Positions 41,225 to 55,818 of a DNA stretch of 64,000 nt are shown one piece after another. Made by a program: the position numbers and the translations under genes. The notes under the pieces are model-generated. The model did not search any database and was not told the origin of the DNA. It saw only the letters and a program-made list of their open reading frames with translations. Each line of letters starts with the position of its first letter. Position 1 is the first letter of the stretch. The DNA comes from Eledone cirrhosa (Eukaryota): positions 19,778,001 through 19,842,000 of the forward strand of contig OZ024753.1 of assembly GCA_964016885.1 (NCBI GenBank). The letters run 5' to 3'.

Positions 41225-42023
41225 TATCTATCTATATATCTGTCTGTCTATCTATCTATCTATGTAATTATCTGTTTGTGTGTGACATTGGTCCGTGTCT
41301 GACCTTTTCTAAAATATGTATTATCTGATATTATATAATATTATCAATATGTCGGAATATTACAGTTCTACTTGGTTTTTGTTTGGATATTATTGTCGGA
41401 TATATGGCGTTGAAAATATGCTTTTGATTTTTTCTAGAAACATAAGCAGTACTCAACAAAGCATTTCCATTTTCCAATAATGTCTTTAAAATGTTTACCA
41501 AATAACGTATCTACTTCGTGATATAGCTCTCCTTCTATGAATCCCATCACACGGTTGGTTTATGAAGACGAGAGCTTTGTCCCCATAGATATATCTCTCA
41601 CTTCCCTATATATTTTTCCATCAAAGTAAAGTGTTGTATTCTAATATTTCGTGTGGGGTTTGATGATAAAATATATTTTGAAACCTTTTATTTATTCTGT
41701 CCCTAAGTATTTCTATCAAGTGCTTGATTGCTTCTAGGCTGAATGGATGTCATATTTCAATGTAAAGACTTCTCACGCTACAGATTGTTAAAACCGTGTT
41801 CATTCTGTCCATCTACGAACACTATTTAATAGAATCTCTGAGCATCTCGTATCTAGATCGCTATCATTGAACATAGATCTTTCATAACCAATTCAATATC
41901 ATAATTGAGACGGTGTGTTGGCGAATGTGGTAATTATTAACGCCTATACATACGCAAATATACGCACACACACACACACCAGCATTCGCACACAATCATA
42001 TATACATATATATATATATTTAA

Positions 42024-42125
<102 letters not shown>

Positions 42126-42262
42126 TATATATAGAGAGAGATATACATGTATATATATATATAAATACATACATATATATTTATATATACATATATATAT
42201 ACATATATGTATATATATACATATACACGTATGTATATATATATACACATATGTATACGTAT

Positions 42263-42720
42263 GCATCTCCTTCCATTCAAATTAGAAGCTACATTCTTAG
42301 CAAGTGAAAATGACAAGTAAGTTTTTGAAACAGTGAGCGAGTTTGAAATTAGAAATATAAGCTATCACCGTATTTTGACTAAAGTAAAAAATAAATACTT
42401 TAGTCAAAATACGGTGATAGCTTATATGTAGTTTGTAATTTGAATGGAAGAAGATGGTTGATGTGTTGGTGTAATGGTAGCACAGTGGTCTGGATAACCA
42501 AGGTTGTGGGTTCGACTCCCATGTAAGTCAATACTCATATTTTTCCCTTTCTCTGAGGGTTCTAAACCCCACTGTCAGGCTAAAAATTACTTTAGTCAAA
42601 ATACGGTGATAGCTTATATTTCTAATTTCAAACTCGCTCACTGTTTCAAAAACATACTTGCTTGTCATTTTCACTTGCTAAGAATGGAAGGAGATGGTTG
42701 ATGTGTTAGTGTAATGGTAA
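42263..42720 (+). mobile_element. Rearranged element with a tRNA-like head (42456-42531) and inverted segments
   Basis: A box TGGTGTAATGG and B box GGTTCGACTCC; 42290-42386 is inverted at 42587-42685; hairpin 42355-42428; a second head is truncated at 42720. Confidence 0.6.
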
Positions 42721-45700
42721 TTTGGCAATTGTGTCTTGTTGAATATTGACATACTGTTATATAGTTTAGCTATAGGTTCTTGTTGAATGTTGACATACTG
42801 TTGTATAGTTTGGCTAAAGGTTCTTCAATGTTGACATACTGTTGTATAGTTTGGCTATAGGTTCTTGTTGAATGTTGAATACTGGTGTATAGTTTAGTTA
42901 TATGTTCTTGAATGTTGACCGAGTGTTGAACAGTTTAGCTATAGTTTGTTGTTGAATGTTGACACACTGGTGTATAGTTTAGCTATAGGTTTTTCAATGT
43001 TGACATAGTGTAGTATAGTTTGGCAATATGTTCTTGTTAAATGTTGACATAGTGTTGTATAGTTTAGCTATAGGTTCGTGTTGAATGTTGACATAATGTT
43101 GTATAGTTTAGCTATAGGTCCTTGAATGTTGTTATACTGTTGTATAGTTTAGCTATAGGTTACTGTTGAATGTTGAATACTGTTGTATAGTTTAGCTATA
43201 TGTTCTTAAATGTTGGCATAGTGTTGTAAAGTTTGGCAATTGTGTATTGTTAAATATTGACATACTGTTATATAGTTTAGCTATAGGTTCTTGTTGAACG
43301 TTGGCAAAATGTTGTATAGTTTGGCTAGAGATTCTTCAATGTTGACATACTGTTGTATAGTTTGGCTATAGTTATTGTTGAATGTTGACATACTGGTGTG
43401 TAGTTTAGCTATAGGTTCTCTGGAAAGTTGACATTGTGATGTATAGTTTAGCCATAGGTTATTGTTGAATGTTGACGTACTGTTGTATAGTCTAGCTATA
43501 GGTTCGTGAATGTTGACATACCGTTGTATAGTTTAGCTATACATTATTTTTGAATGTTGATTTACTGTTGTATAGTCTAGCTATATGTTCTTGAATATTG
43601 ACATACTGTGCTATAGTTTAGCTGTAGGTTCCTGTTGAATATTGACATAGTGTTCTATAGTTTGGCTATAGGTTCTTGAATGTTGACATACTGTTGTATA
43701 GTTTAGCTATAGGTTCTTGTTGAATGTTGACATATTGTTGTATAGTTTAGCTATAGGTTCTTGAATGTTGACACAGTGTTGTATAGTTTGGCATTAGGTT
43801 CTTGTTGAATGTTGACATTCTGTTGTATAGTTTAGTTATAGGTTCTTGTTGAATTTTGGCATAATGTTGTATAGTTTAGTTATAGGTTCTTTTTGAGTGT
43901 TGACATAGTGATGTAATGTTTAGCTATAGGTACTTGTTGAATGTTGACATACTGTTGTATAATTTAGCTATATGTTATTGAATGTTGACATACTATTGTA
44001 TAATCTAGCTATAGGTTCTTGAATATTACCATAATGTGGTATAGATTAGCTATAGGGTATTCTATGTTGTCATACTGTTGTATAGTTTGGCTATAGATTA
44101 TTGTTGAATGTTGACATACTGTTGTGTAGTTTAGATATAGGCTCTCGTGGAATGTTGACATAGTGATGTATAGTTTAGCTATAGGTTCTTGTTGAATGTT
44201 GACACACTGTTGTATTGTCTAGCTATAGGTTATTGAATGTTGACATACTGTTGTATAATCTAGCTATAGGTTATACAAATATTGACATACTGATGTATAG
44301 TTTAGTTATAGGTTCTTGAATGTTGACATACTGTTATATAGTTTGGACTAGATATTCCTCATTGGTGACAAAGTCTTGTATAGTTTGGCAATAGGTGCTT
44401 TTGAATTTTGATATTCTGTGGTATAGTTTAGCTATATGTTATTGTTTATTGTTGACATCTGTTGTATAGTTTGACTAAAGGATCTTCAATGTTGACATAC
44501 TGTTATATAGTTTGGACTAGAGATTCCTCATTGGTGACAAAGTCTTGTATAGTTTGGCAATAGGTGCTTGTTGAATTTTGATATTCTGTGGTATAGTTTA
44601 GCTATATGTTATTGTTTATTGTTGACATCTGTTGTATAGTTTGACTAAAGGTTCTTCAATGTTGACATACTGTTGTATAGTTTGGCTATAGGTTATTGTT
44701 GTATGTTGACACACTGTTGTATAGTTTGTTGACAAACTCTAGTATAGTTTGGCAATAGTTTCTTGTTGAATTTTGACATACTGTTGTATAATTTAGCTAT
44801 AGGTTCTTGTTGAATGTTGACATACGGTTGTAAGGTTTGGCTATAGATTTTTGAATGTTGACATACTGTTGTATAGTTTAGCTATAGGTTCTTGTATGTT
44901 GAGATACAGTTGTATTGTTTAGCTATAGGTTCCTTAAATGTTGTCATACTGTTGTATAGTTTGACAATAGGTTCCTGTTGAAGGTTGACATACTGTTGTA
45001 TAGTTTAGCTATAGGTTCTCGTTGAATGTTGCCATACTGTTGTATAGTTTAGCAATAGGTTCTTGGATATTGACATACTGTTGTATAATCTAGATATATA
45101 TTCTTCCATATTGACATACTGTTGTATAGTTTAGCTATTGTTTTTTGAATGTTGACATACTGTTGTATAGTTTAGATATAGGTTCTTGGATGTTGACATA
45201 ATGTTTTATAGTTTAGCTATAGGTCCTTAAATGTTGACGTATTGTTGTATAGTTTAGTTATAGGTTCTGGATGAATGTTGACATAATGTTGTATAGTTTG
45301 GCAATAGCTTCTTGTTGAATGTTGACATACTTTTGTTTAATTTAGCTGTAGGTTCTTGTTGAATATTGTCATAATGTTGTATAGTTTAGCTATAGGTTCT
45401 TGAATATTAACATACTGTTGTATAGATTAGCTATATCTTCTTGAATGTTGACATACTGTTATATGGTTTGGCAATATGTTCCTGTTGAATGTGGACATAC
45501 TGTTGTATAGTTTAGCTATAGGTTTTTGGATGTTGAGATAATGTTGTATAGTTTAACTATATGTTCTTGATTGTTGACAAACGGTTGTATACTTTGGCAA
45601 TATTTTCTTGTTGAATGTTGTTTAATTTAGCTATAGGTTATTGTTGAATTCTGACATAATGTTGTATAGTTTAGCTATAGGTTCTCCAATGTTGACATAC

Positions 45701-48700
45701 TGTTTGAAAATTTAGCTATAGGTTCTTGTTGAATGTTGATATACTGTTGTGTAGTTTAGCTATAACTTCTTGTTGACTGTTGACATACTGTTGGATATTC
45801 TAGCTATAGGTTCTTGAATGTTGACATGATGTTGTATAGTTTAGCTATAGATTCTTGTTGAATGCTGACATACTGTTGAATAGTTTAGCTATATGTTCTT
45901 GAATATAGACATACTGTTGTATTGTTTAGTTATAGGTTCCTTAAATGTTGACATACTGTTGTATAGTGTGGCAATAGGTTCCTGTTGAAGGTTGACATAC
46001 TGTTGTATAGTTTAGCTATAGGTTCTCGTGGAATTTTGACATACTGTTGTATAGTTTAGCAATAGGTTCTTGAATGTTGACATACTGCTGTATAGTTTAG
46101 CAATAGGTTCTTGAATGTTGACATACCCTTGTATAGTTTGGCAATAGGTTCGTGTTGAATGTTGACATAATGTTGTATAGTTTAGCTATAGGTTCGTGTT
46201 GAATGTTGACATAATTGTTTCTACTTTTGGCACAATGCCATCAATTATCCAGAGTGCATTATTGGTACTTTATTTTATCGATCCCGTAAGGATGAAAGGC
46301 AAAGTTAACCTTGGCGGGATTGTTGACCTAATGTTGTGTAGTTTGGCTATAGGTTCTTCAATGACGGCATACTGTTGTATAGATTAGCTATAAGTTCTTG
46401 AATGTTGACATACTGTTGCATAGTTTAGCTATAGGTTCTTGTTGAATGTTGACATACTATTGTATAGTTTAGCTATAGGTTCTTGAAAGTTGACATACTG
46501 TTGTACAATGTAGCTATAGGTTATTGAATATTGACATAGTGTTGTATAGTTTAGCTATAGGGTCTTGAAAGTTGACATACCGTTGTATAGTTTGGTAAGA
46601 GGTTCTTGTTGAATGTTGACATACTTTTGTATAGTTTAGCTATAGGTTCTTGTTGAATATTGCCATACTGTTGTGTAGATTAGCTATAGGTTCTTGAAAT
46701 GTTGACATACTGTTGTATAGTTTGGCAATAGGTTACTGGTGAGTGTTGACATACTGTTCTATAGTTTAGCTATAGGTTCGTGTTCAACGTTGACATACTA
46801 TTGTATAGTTTAGCTATAGGATCTTGAATGTTGACATACCGTTGTATAGTTTGGTAATAGGTTTTTGTTGAATGTTGACATACTTTTGTATGATTTAGCT
46901 GTAGGTTCTTGTTGAATATTGTCATACAGTTGTATAGTTTAGTTATAGGTTCTTGTTGAATGTTGACATATTCTTGTATAGTTTAGCTATAGGTTCTTGT
47001 TGAATGTTGACATACAGTTGTATAGTTTGGCTATAGGTTTTTGAATGTTGACATAATGTTGTATAGTTTGGCAATAAGATCCTGTTGAATGTGGACATAC
47101 TGTAATATAGTTTAGCTATAGGTTCTTGTAAGTGGAGATATTGTTGTATTGTTTAGCTATAGGTTCTTTAAATGTTGACATACTGTTGTATAGTTTGGCA
47201 ATAGGTTCCTATTGAAGGTTAACATACGGTTGCATAGTTTAGCTATAGGTTCTCGTTGATTGTTGACATACTGTTGTATAGTTTAGCGATAGGTGCTCGT
47301 TGAATGTTGACATACTGTTGTATAATATAGCTATATATTCTTCAATATTGACATACTGTTGTATACTTTAGCTATTGGTTCTTGAATCTTGACATACTGT
47401 TGTATAGTTTAGCTATAGGTTCCTGAATGTTGAGATACCGTTGTATAGTTTAACTATATGTTCTTGAATGTTGACAAACTGTTGTATTGTTTGGCAATAG
47501 TTTCTTGTTGTATATTGACATACTGTTGTATAGTTTAGCTATAGGTTCTCGTTGAATAATGACATACTGTTGTATAGTTTAGCTATAGTTATTCAATGTT
47601 GACATAGTGTTGTATAGTTTGGCAATAGGTTATTGCTGAATGTTGACATAATGTTGTATAGTTTAGTTATAGGTTCGTGTTGAATGTTGACATAATTGTT
47701 TCTACTTTTGGCACAATGCCCTCAATTATCCTAGTGCATTACTGGTACTTTATTTTATCGATCCCGTAAGGATGAAAGGCAAAGTTAACCTCGGCGGGAA
47801 TGTTGACATAATGTTGTGTAATTTGGCTATAGGTTCTTCAATGTTGACATACTGTTTTATAGTTTAGCGATAGGGTCTTGTTGAATGTTGACATTCTGTT
47901 GTATAGTTTGACTTTAGGTTCTTGAATGTTGACATAGTGTTGTATATTTTAGCAATATGTTCCTGTTGAATGTGGACATACTGTTGTATAGTTTAGCTAT
48001 AGGTTCTTGACTGTTGAGATACCTTTGTATAGTTTAACTAAATGTTCTTGAATGTTGACAAACTGTTGTAAATGTTGGCAATAGTTTCTTGTTGAATGTT
48101 GACATACTGTTGTATAATTTAGCTATAGGTTCTTGAATGTTGACATATTTTATTATAGTTTGGCAATAGGTTCTCGTTGAATGTTGGTATTATTGTTGAA
48201 TGCTTACATAATGTTGTATAGTTTGGCTATAGCTTCTGGTTGACTGTTAACATACTGTATAGTTTAGCAATATGTTCTTAAATGTTGACATAATTTCGTA
48301 CAGTTTAGCAAGATGTTCTTGTTGAATGTTGACATACTGTTGTGTAGTTTATCTATAGGTTCTCGTGGAATGTTGACATAGTGATATATAGTTTATATAT
48401 AGGTTCTTGTTGAATGTTGTCATACTGTTGTATAGTCTAGCTATATGTTCTTGAATGTTGACATAATGTTGTATAGTTTAGCTAAAGGTTAATGTTGATT
48501 GTTGTCATAGTGTTGTATAGTTTAGCTCTATGTCCTTGAATGTTGAAATAATGTTGTATAGTTTAGATAGAGTTTCTTGCATGTTGACATAGTGTTGTAT
48601 AGTTTATCTATAGGTTAATGTTGAATGTTGACATACTGTTGTATAGTTTAACTATAGGTTTTTGAATATTAACACACCGTTGTATAGATTAGCTATAGGT

Positions 48701-51700
48701 TCATTAAAGTTGATATACTGTTGTATAATTTGGCAATATGTTCCTGTTGAATGTGGACATATTGTTGTATAGTTTAGGTATAGTTTCTTGAATATTAACA
48801 TACCTTTGTATAGATTAGCTATAGGTTCTTGAATGTTGACATATTGTTGTATAATTTAGCAAGAGGTTCTTGTTGGATGTTGACATAATGTTGTATAGTT
48901 TAGCTATAGATTCATGTTGACTGTTGACATACTGTCGTATAGTTTATCAATATGTTCATAAATGTTGACATACTGTCGTACAGTTTAGCAAGAGGTTCTT
49001 GTTGAATGTTGACATACTGTTGTGTAGTATATCTATAGGTTCTTAAATGTTGGCATACTGTTGTATAATTTAGCAAGAGGTTCTTGTTGGATGTTGACAT
49101 AATGTTGTATAGTTTATCTATATGTCCTTGAATGTTGACATAATGTTGTATAGTTTAGATAGAGTTTCTTGAATGTTGACATAGTGTTGTATAGTTTATC
49201 TATAGGTTAATGTTGAATGTTGACATACTGTTGTGTAGTTTAACTATAGGTTTTTGAATATTAACACACCGTTGTATAGTTTAGCTATAGATAATTGTTG
49301 AATGCTGGCATACTGTTGTATAGTTTGGCTATAACTTCTTGTTGACTGTTGACATACTGTTGTATAGTTTAGCAATAGGTTCTTAAATGTTGACATACTG
49401 TTGTATAGTTTAGCAAGAGCTTCTTGTTGAATGTTGACATACTGTTGTGTACTTTAGCTATAGGTTCTCGTGGAATGTTGACATAGTGATGTATAGTTTA
49501 GATATAGGTTCTTGAATGTTGACATACCGTTGCATAGTTTAGCTATAGGTCCTTGAATATTAACATACCTTTGTATAGATTAGCTATAGGTTCTTGAATG
49601 TTGACATAATGTTGTATAGTTTAGTTATAGCTTCGTGTTGAATGTTGACATAATGTTGTATAGTTTAGCTATAGGTTCGTGTGGAATGTTGACATAATTG
49701 TTTCTACTTTTGGCACAACGCCATCAATTATCCCAGTGTATTACTGGTACTTTATTTTATCGATCCCGTAAGGATGAAAGGCAAAGTTAACCTCGGTTGA
49801 CATACTTTTGTATAGTTTGGCTATAGGTCCTTCAATGTTTACATACTTTTGTATAGTTTAGCAATAGGTTGTTAAATGTTGACATACTGTTGTATAATCT
49901 AGCTATATATTCTTGAATATTGACATACTGTTGTATAGTTTAGCTATAGGGTCTTGAATGTTGACATACTTTTGTATAGTTTGGCAATAGGCTCTTGTTG
50001 AATGTTGACATACTTTTTGTATAATTTAGCTGTAGGTTCTTTTGAATAATGTCATACTGCTTTATAGTTTGGCAATATGTTCTTGTTGAATCTCGACATA
50101 ATGTTGTATAGTTTAACTATATGGTCTTTAATGTTGACAAACTGTTGTATAGTTTGGCAATAGGTTCTTGTTGAATGTTGGCATTCTGTGTTATAGTTTA
50201 GCTATAGTTTATTTTTTGATTGTTGACATACTGTTGTATAGTTTGGCTATAGGTTCTTCAATGTTGACATACTGTGGTATAGTTTAGCTATAGGTTATTC
50301 AATGTTGACATAGAGTTGTATAGTTTGGCAATAGTTTCTGGATGAATGTTGACATAATGTTGTATAGTTTAGCTATAGGTTCGTGTTGAATGTTGACATA
50401 ATTGTTTCTACGTTTGGCACAATGCTATCAATTATCCCAGTGCATTACTGGTACTTTATTTTAACGATCCCGTAAGGATGAAAGCAAAGTTAACCTCGGC
50501 GGGATTGTTGCCATAATTGTTTCTATGTTAGGCACAAGGCCAGCAATTACCCACTGTATTACTTGTACTTTATTTTATCGACCCCGTAAGGCTGAAAGTC
50601 AAAGTTAATCTCGGTTGACATAATGTTGTATAGTTTGTCTATAGGTTATTCAATGTTGACATACTGTTGTATAGTTTAGCAAGAGCTTCTTGTTGAATGT
50701 TGATATACTGTTGTGTAGTTTAGCTATAGGTTTTCGTGGAATGGTGACATAGTGATGTATAGTTAAGATATAGGTTCTTGTTGCATGTTGACATACTGTT
50801 GTATAATCTGGATATAGGTTATTGAATATTGACATACTGTTGTATAGTTTAGCTATAGGTTATTCAATGTTGACATAGTGTGGCAATAGGTTCTAGATGA
50901 ATGTTGACATAATGTTGTATAGTTTAGCTATAGGTTCGTGTTGAATGTTGACATAATTGTTTCTACGTTTGGCACAATGCCATCAATTATCCCAGTGCAT
51001 TACTGGTACTTTATTTTATCGAACCCGTAAGGATGAAATGCAAAGTTAACCTCGGCAGGATTGTGCAAATAATGTTGTAAAAAACCTTTGTATAGATTAG
51101 CTATAGGTTCTTGAATGTTGACATACTGTTGTATAGTTTAGCTATAGGTCCTTAAATGTTGACATACTGTTGTATAATTTAGAAAGAGGTTCTTGTTGAA
51201 TGTTGACATACTGTTGTATAGTTTAGCTATAGGTTCTTGGATGTTGACATAATGTTGTATAGTTTAGCTATAGGTTCTTGGATGTTGACATAATGTATAG
51301 TTTAGCTATAGGTTCGTGGATGTTGACATAATATTGTATAGTTTAGCTATAGGTCCTTGAATGCAGACATACTGTTGTATAGTTTAGATATAGTTTCTTG
51401 AATGTTGACATAGTGTTGTACAGTTTAGCTATATGTTCTTGAATAGTAACATACCTTTGTATGGATTAGCTATAGGTTCTTGAATGGTGACATACTGTTG
51501 TATAATTTGGCAATAGGTTCCTGTTCAAGGTTGACATACTGTTGTATAGTTTAGCTATAGGTTCTTCAATGTTGACATAGTGTTGCATAGTTTAGCTATA
51601 GGTTCTTGAATGTTGACATACTGTTTTATAGTTTAGATATAGTTTCTTGAATGTTGACATAGTGTTGTATAGTTTTTATATAGGTTATTGTTGAATGTTG

Positions 51701-52880
51701 ACATACTGTTGTATAGTTAACAATAGGTTTAGTATATTAACATACCGTTGTATAGATGTGCAATATGTTCTTGAAAGTTTACATACTGTTGTATAGTTTA
51801 GCTATAGGTTCTTGAGTGTTGACATAGTGTTGCATAGTTTAGTTACAGGTTCTCGTTGAATGTTGACAAACTGTTGTGTAGTTTAGCTATAGGTTCTTCA
51901 ATGTTGACATACTGTTCTATAATCTGGCTATAGGTTATTGAATATTGACATACTGTTTTATAGTTTAGATATTGGTTATTGAATGTTGACATACTGTTGT
52001 ATAGTTAGCTACATGTTCTTGAATGTAGACATATTGTTGTATAGTTTGGCAATAGGTTCTCGTGGAATGTTGACATATGTGGTATAGTTTAGCTATAGGT
52101 TCTTGTGGAATGTTAACATAGTGGTGTATAGTTTAGATATAGGTTCTTTAATGTTGACATACTGTTGGAAAGTTTAGCTATAGGTTCTTGTTTAATGTTG
52201 ATATACTGTTGTGTAGTTTAACTATAGATTCTCGTGGAATGTTGATATTGTAATGTATAGTTTAGCTATAGGTTCTTGTTGAATGTTTACATACTGTTGT
52301 ATAGTCTAGCTATAGGTTATTGAATGTTGACATAGTGTTGTATAGTTTAGCTATAGGTTCTTGAATGTTGACATACTGTTGTATAGTTTAGCTATATATT
52401 CTTGAATGTTGACATACTGTTGTATAGTTTGGCAATAGGTTCTTGTTGAATGTTGCCATATTGTTATATAATTTAGCTGTAGGTTCTTGTTGAAGTTGTG
52501 ATACTGTTGTATAGTTTAGCTATATGTTCTTGAATGTTGACATAATGTTGTATAGTTTAGCTACAGCTTCTTGAATGTTGACATAGTGATGTTTAGTTTA
52601 GCTATAGTTTCTTGAATGTTCACAAACTGTTGTGTACTTTAGCTATAGGTTCTTGTTGCATGTTGACATACTGTTATATAATCTAGCTATAAGTTCTTGA
52701 ATATTGACATACTGTTGTATAGTTTAGCAATAGGTTCTTGTTCAATGTTGACATACTGTCGTATATTTTACCTGTAGGTTCTTGTTGAATGTTTACATAA
52801 TGATGTATAGTTTAGCTATAATTTCTTCAATGGGGACATAATGTTGTATAGTTTAGCTATAGGTTCTTGTTGAATGTAGT
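42721..52880. repeat. ~10.1-kb satellite, 41/44-bp monomer
   Basis: Consensus AATGTTGACATACTGTTGTATAGTTTAGCTATAGGTTCTTG(TTG); diverged monomers in one orientation; interrupted by SINE S1 fragments. Confidence 0.97.
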
Positions 52881-54554
52881 ATAGTCTGCATGATACGACA
52901 CTACCACTGTTCTCCATCATAGGAACAATGGAATATACAGTATCATGTTTATCACATCAACCCACCCAAAATATATGATTACATTGAGAAAATGTGATAC
53001 AGTGATACAGTGATACAGTGTTACTTAGAGATTAACGTCAAACTTGTCTTCTACAAATATTTCATATATAGAAAGAACGATACAAAGAATTCTATTTCAT
53101 ATTTGAAAATGGAGCCGATGTTTATATAAAGCTCAATGTATTTTTTAGAAAAACATTAATGCCAAACATACTCGCGTATCAAGGATTAATTTGATGTGAC
53201 ATAAAAAATATTAATCAAATAAATGTAAGCTATAGGATATGGCACACTATTAAATCGCTGCAATTTTCTTCTGGAAAAATATATAGGGTGTGGTGATGTA
53301 TGGTCCCGTAACTCTTGATAGTCGTATGGTAGCTGTAGTGGAACATTTGGGTATTTCAAGCCTGGCGGAGCCGATCCATGTCCATGGCACTGGAGACAGT
53401 ATACCCCCCCCTCCAGTAGTGACAGAGAGAAAGGGAGAAATATAGACAGAGGAAGAACCGAGCCTAGTACTAGCCTGGTATATTTCTACCAACTTCTAAA
53501 TGCTGGAAGGCAAAGCTGACCTCCCGCAAACTCCTGAGGGAGTCATAGGCACCATGTAATGGCATGCAGTGTTTCTATGGCATTTTTATAGACTGGTGAA
53601 GCGCAGGTCTCTCCAGGTCTCAATACAGCATATTTCTGCCAGGGAATTATAGAGAATGAGAAAAGAGGAAGTGAGGAAGAGATATAGAGGAAGAATCGAT
53701 CCCAGAACTAGACTGGTACTTTTGGTATCGACAGGTAAAAGTTTCCTCTGTGAGATTTAAACTAAGAGGAGCGAATCGGAACAAATACCGCACAGCATTC
53801 TATCCGACCTTTTTGCGACTCAACGAAAAGTTGAAATTATAAATGCAATGTTTTCCCAAGAATGTAGCAAGTTAGCAATGAGGAGGAATCGAATCGAAAC
53901 CAGCTTTGAACGACAACCTCTTCTATGTTTGTCACTTACGCTTGAGCAAACATTTCCCTGATACTCATATATGATTATTACGCATACCAGAGCTTTTAGT
54001 AAATTAAATTTGGCAGCGAGACACGCTGAAATGATAATCAGGACAGATAAGTATAGAATATTATCTAAATGTCCTGAATGATGATAAACATGTGGAATCG
54101 GAATCTTACAATGAATGATTATATTTGACAGCGTGTTAAAGTTTTCTCTCAGCAATGTGCAACATCAAAATTGGTGTGCGAAAGGCTATATATATGTTAT
54201 TCCAACATATAAGTATGAACAATCCGCCTTGTTGTCGTATATGATTGAAGCTCAAAATAGAAGATTTATTTAAGCTTCATAGACAAAGTTATTTATATAA
54301 TTTCAACCTGTCAAATATATTAAAAGCTGTAATAAAATGTTAAAATGTGAATACCTACGTTTGAAGGTGAACAAAAGAACAAACTTCTAGCATTTACCAG
54401 AATGATTCTTTACATAAAGACAACCAAAAATGAAATTATAAGGCCTAAAAGTATTACACATTTATATACAAACTCGCGGTTATTTATATAAACAAACCGG
54501 TGCATATGTATATATATATATATATATATGTGTATGTATGTATGTATGTGTGTA

Positions 54555-54595
<41 letters not shown>

Positions 54596-54616
54596 ATGTA
54601 TGTATGTATGTGTGTA

Positions 54617-54669
<53 letters not shown>

Positions 54670-54672
<3 letters not shown>

Positions 54673-54993
54673 TGAAGTAATTCCGTCGGAAAAGTCCAGG
54701 AGTGCTCTATGTAGGTAACAGAGCTTAAACGTTATGTAATAAACAACATAAGGCAATTATTTCATTTACCAGTGGTTTCTGAAAAGCAAAACAATTTTGC
54801 TTTCAATCATCAGAATGAAAAAATCCTGGTGTATTTATTGACGTTGGATTTTAAAACCAACGTGGATTTTAAAATCCAACGTCAATAAATACACCAGGAT
54901 TTTTTCATTCTGATGATTGAAAGCAACATTTTTTTTACTTTTAAGAAACCACGGGTAAAGGAAATAATTGCCATATGTTGTTTATTACATAAC

Positions 54994-54995
<2 letters not shown>
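54670..54995. mobile_element. Family D PLE-like fold-back with two hammerheads
   Basis: Inverted arms ~54730-54855 / 54867-54992, homologous to 21250-21443. Confidence 0.78.
54760..54820 (-). ncRNA. Type I hammerhead ribozyme
   Basis: Minus strand TTTCATT-CTGATGA-T-TGAAAGCAAAA ttg TTTTGCTTTTCA-GAAA-CC act GG-TA-AATGAAA. The mirror copy at 54903-54964 (+) has a few mismatches. Confidence 0.82.
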
Positions 54996-55025
<30 letters not shown>

Positions 55026-55029
55026 TGTA

Positions 55030-55818
55030 TATCTTATGCTATATACTACATTACATTTCTAGTTTACAAAATTTCCATTTCTACGTTACAAAATTTACAT
55101 TTCTACATTACAAAACTAGAAATGTAGTATATAGCATAAGATGTACTGAAGGACAATGTAGAGATAAAACTATAGTGTACATTGGTGAGACAGCTCGTAG
55201 TATAGGGGAACGGATAAATGAACACTGGCGAGACCTTCAAGATAGTAAAGAATCATCTGTACTCTACCAACATGCTAAAATAGAACATAAGGGTAAATTA
55301 GAGAACATAGAAATAAAAATAGAATCTACACACAGAAAAGACGCAATTTTTAGACAAATCGCAGAATCAATAAACATAAATGATATAGAAAACATGAGTG
55401 GAACAGCAACATTACAACTTACAATTAAGGACAGAAAGAAAACACACACGCACATAGAACAAACAACCAACCAGTAACATGTAAATAAACAAATAAATAA
55501 ACAAATATAAACACACACAGACAGCCGGATGTGGCGCATGCGCAGACTGAGCACAGAACACACACACAGAAACAAGATGGCGTAGGACAGAACAAAGGAG
55601 AGGCACAAAAACAAAGAAAAGAATCCCCAGTCACTGAAGAGGTCACAGAATGTGTGACGAAAGAACTTTGACAATATATAAACAACCATCTGGTTGTGGA
55701 ACCAACCAATCAACCGGAAATTTATAAATTCCTAAATTTATAAATTTCTTATAATAAATTGAAGTGAAAGCATCTGGTACGTGTGTTTCTTATTGGCAAC
55801 ATGACCCTCCCAAAGTAT

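Noticed and set aside
42456-42531. Functional tRNA gene
   Set aside because: The acceptor stem pairs poorly and the head is embedded in a rearranged repeat; better read as SINE-like or pseudo-tRNA.
42721-52880. CRISPR-like array or repetitive protein gene
   Set aside because: Monomers are contiguous with no unique spacers, no cas genes are present, the context is eukaryotic, and only short ORFs occur.
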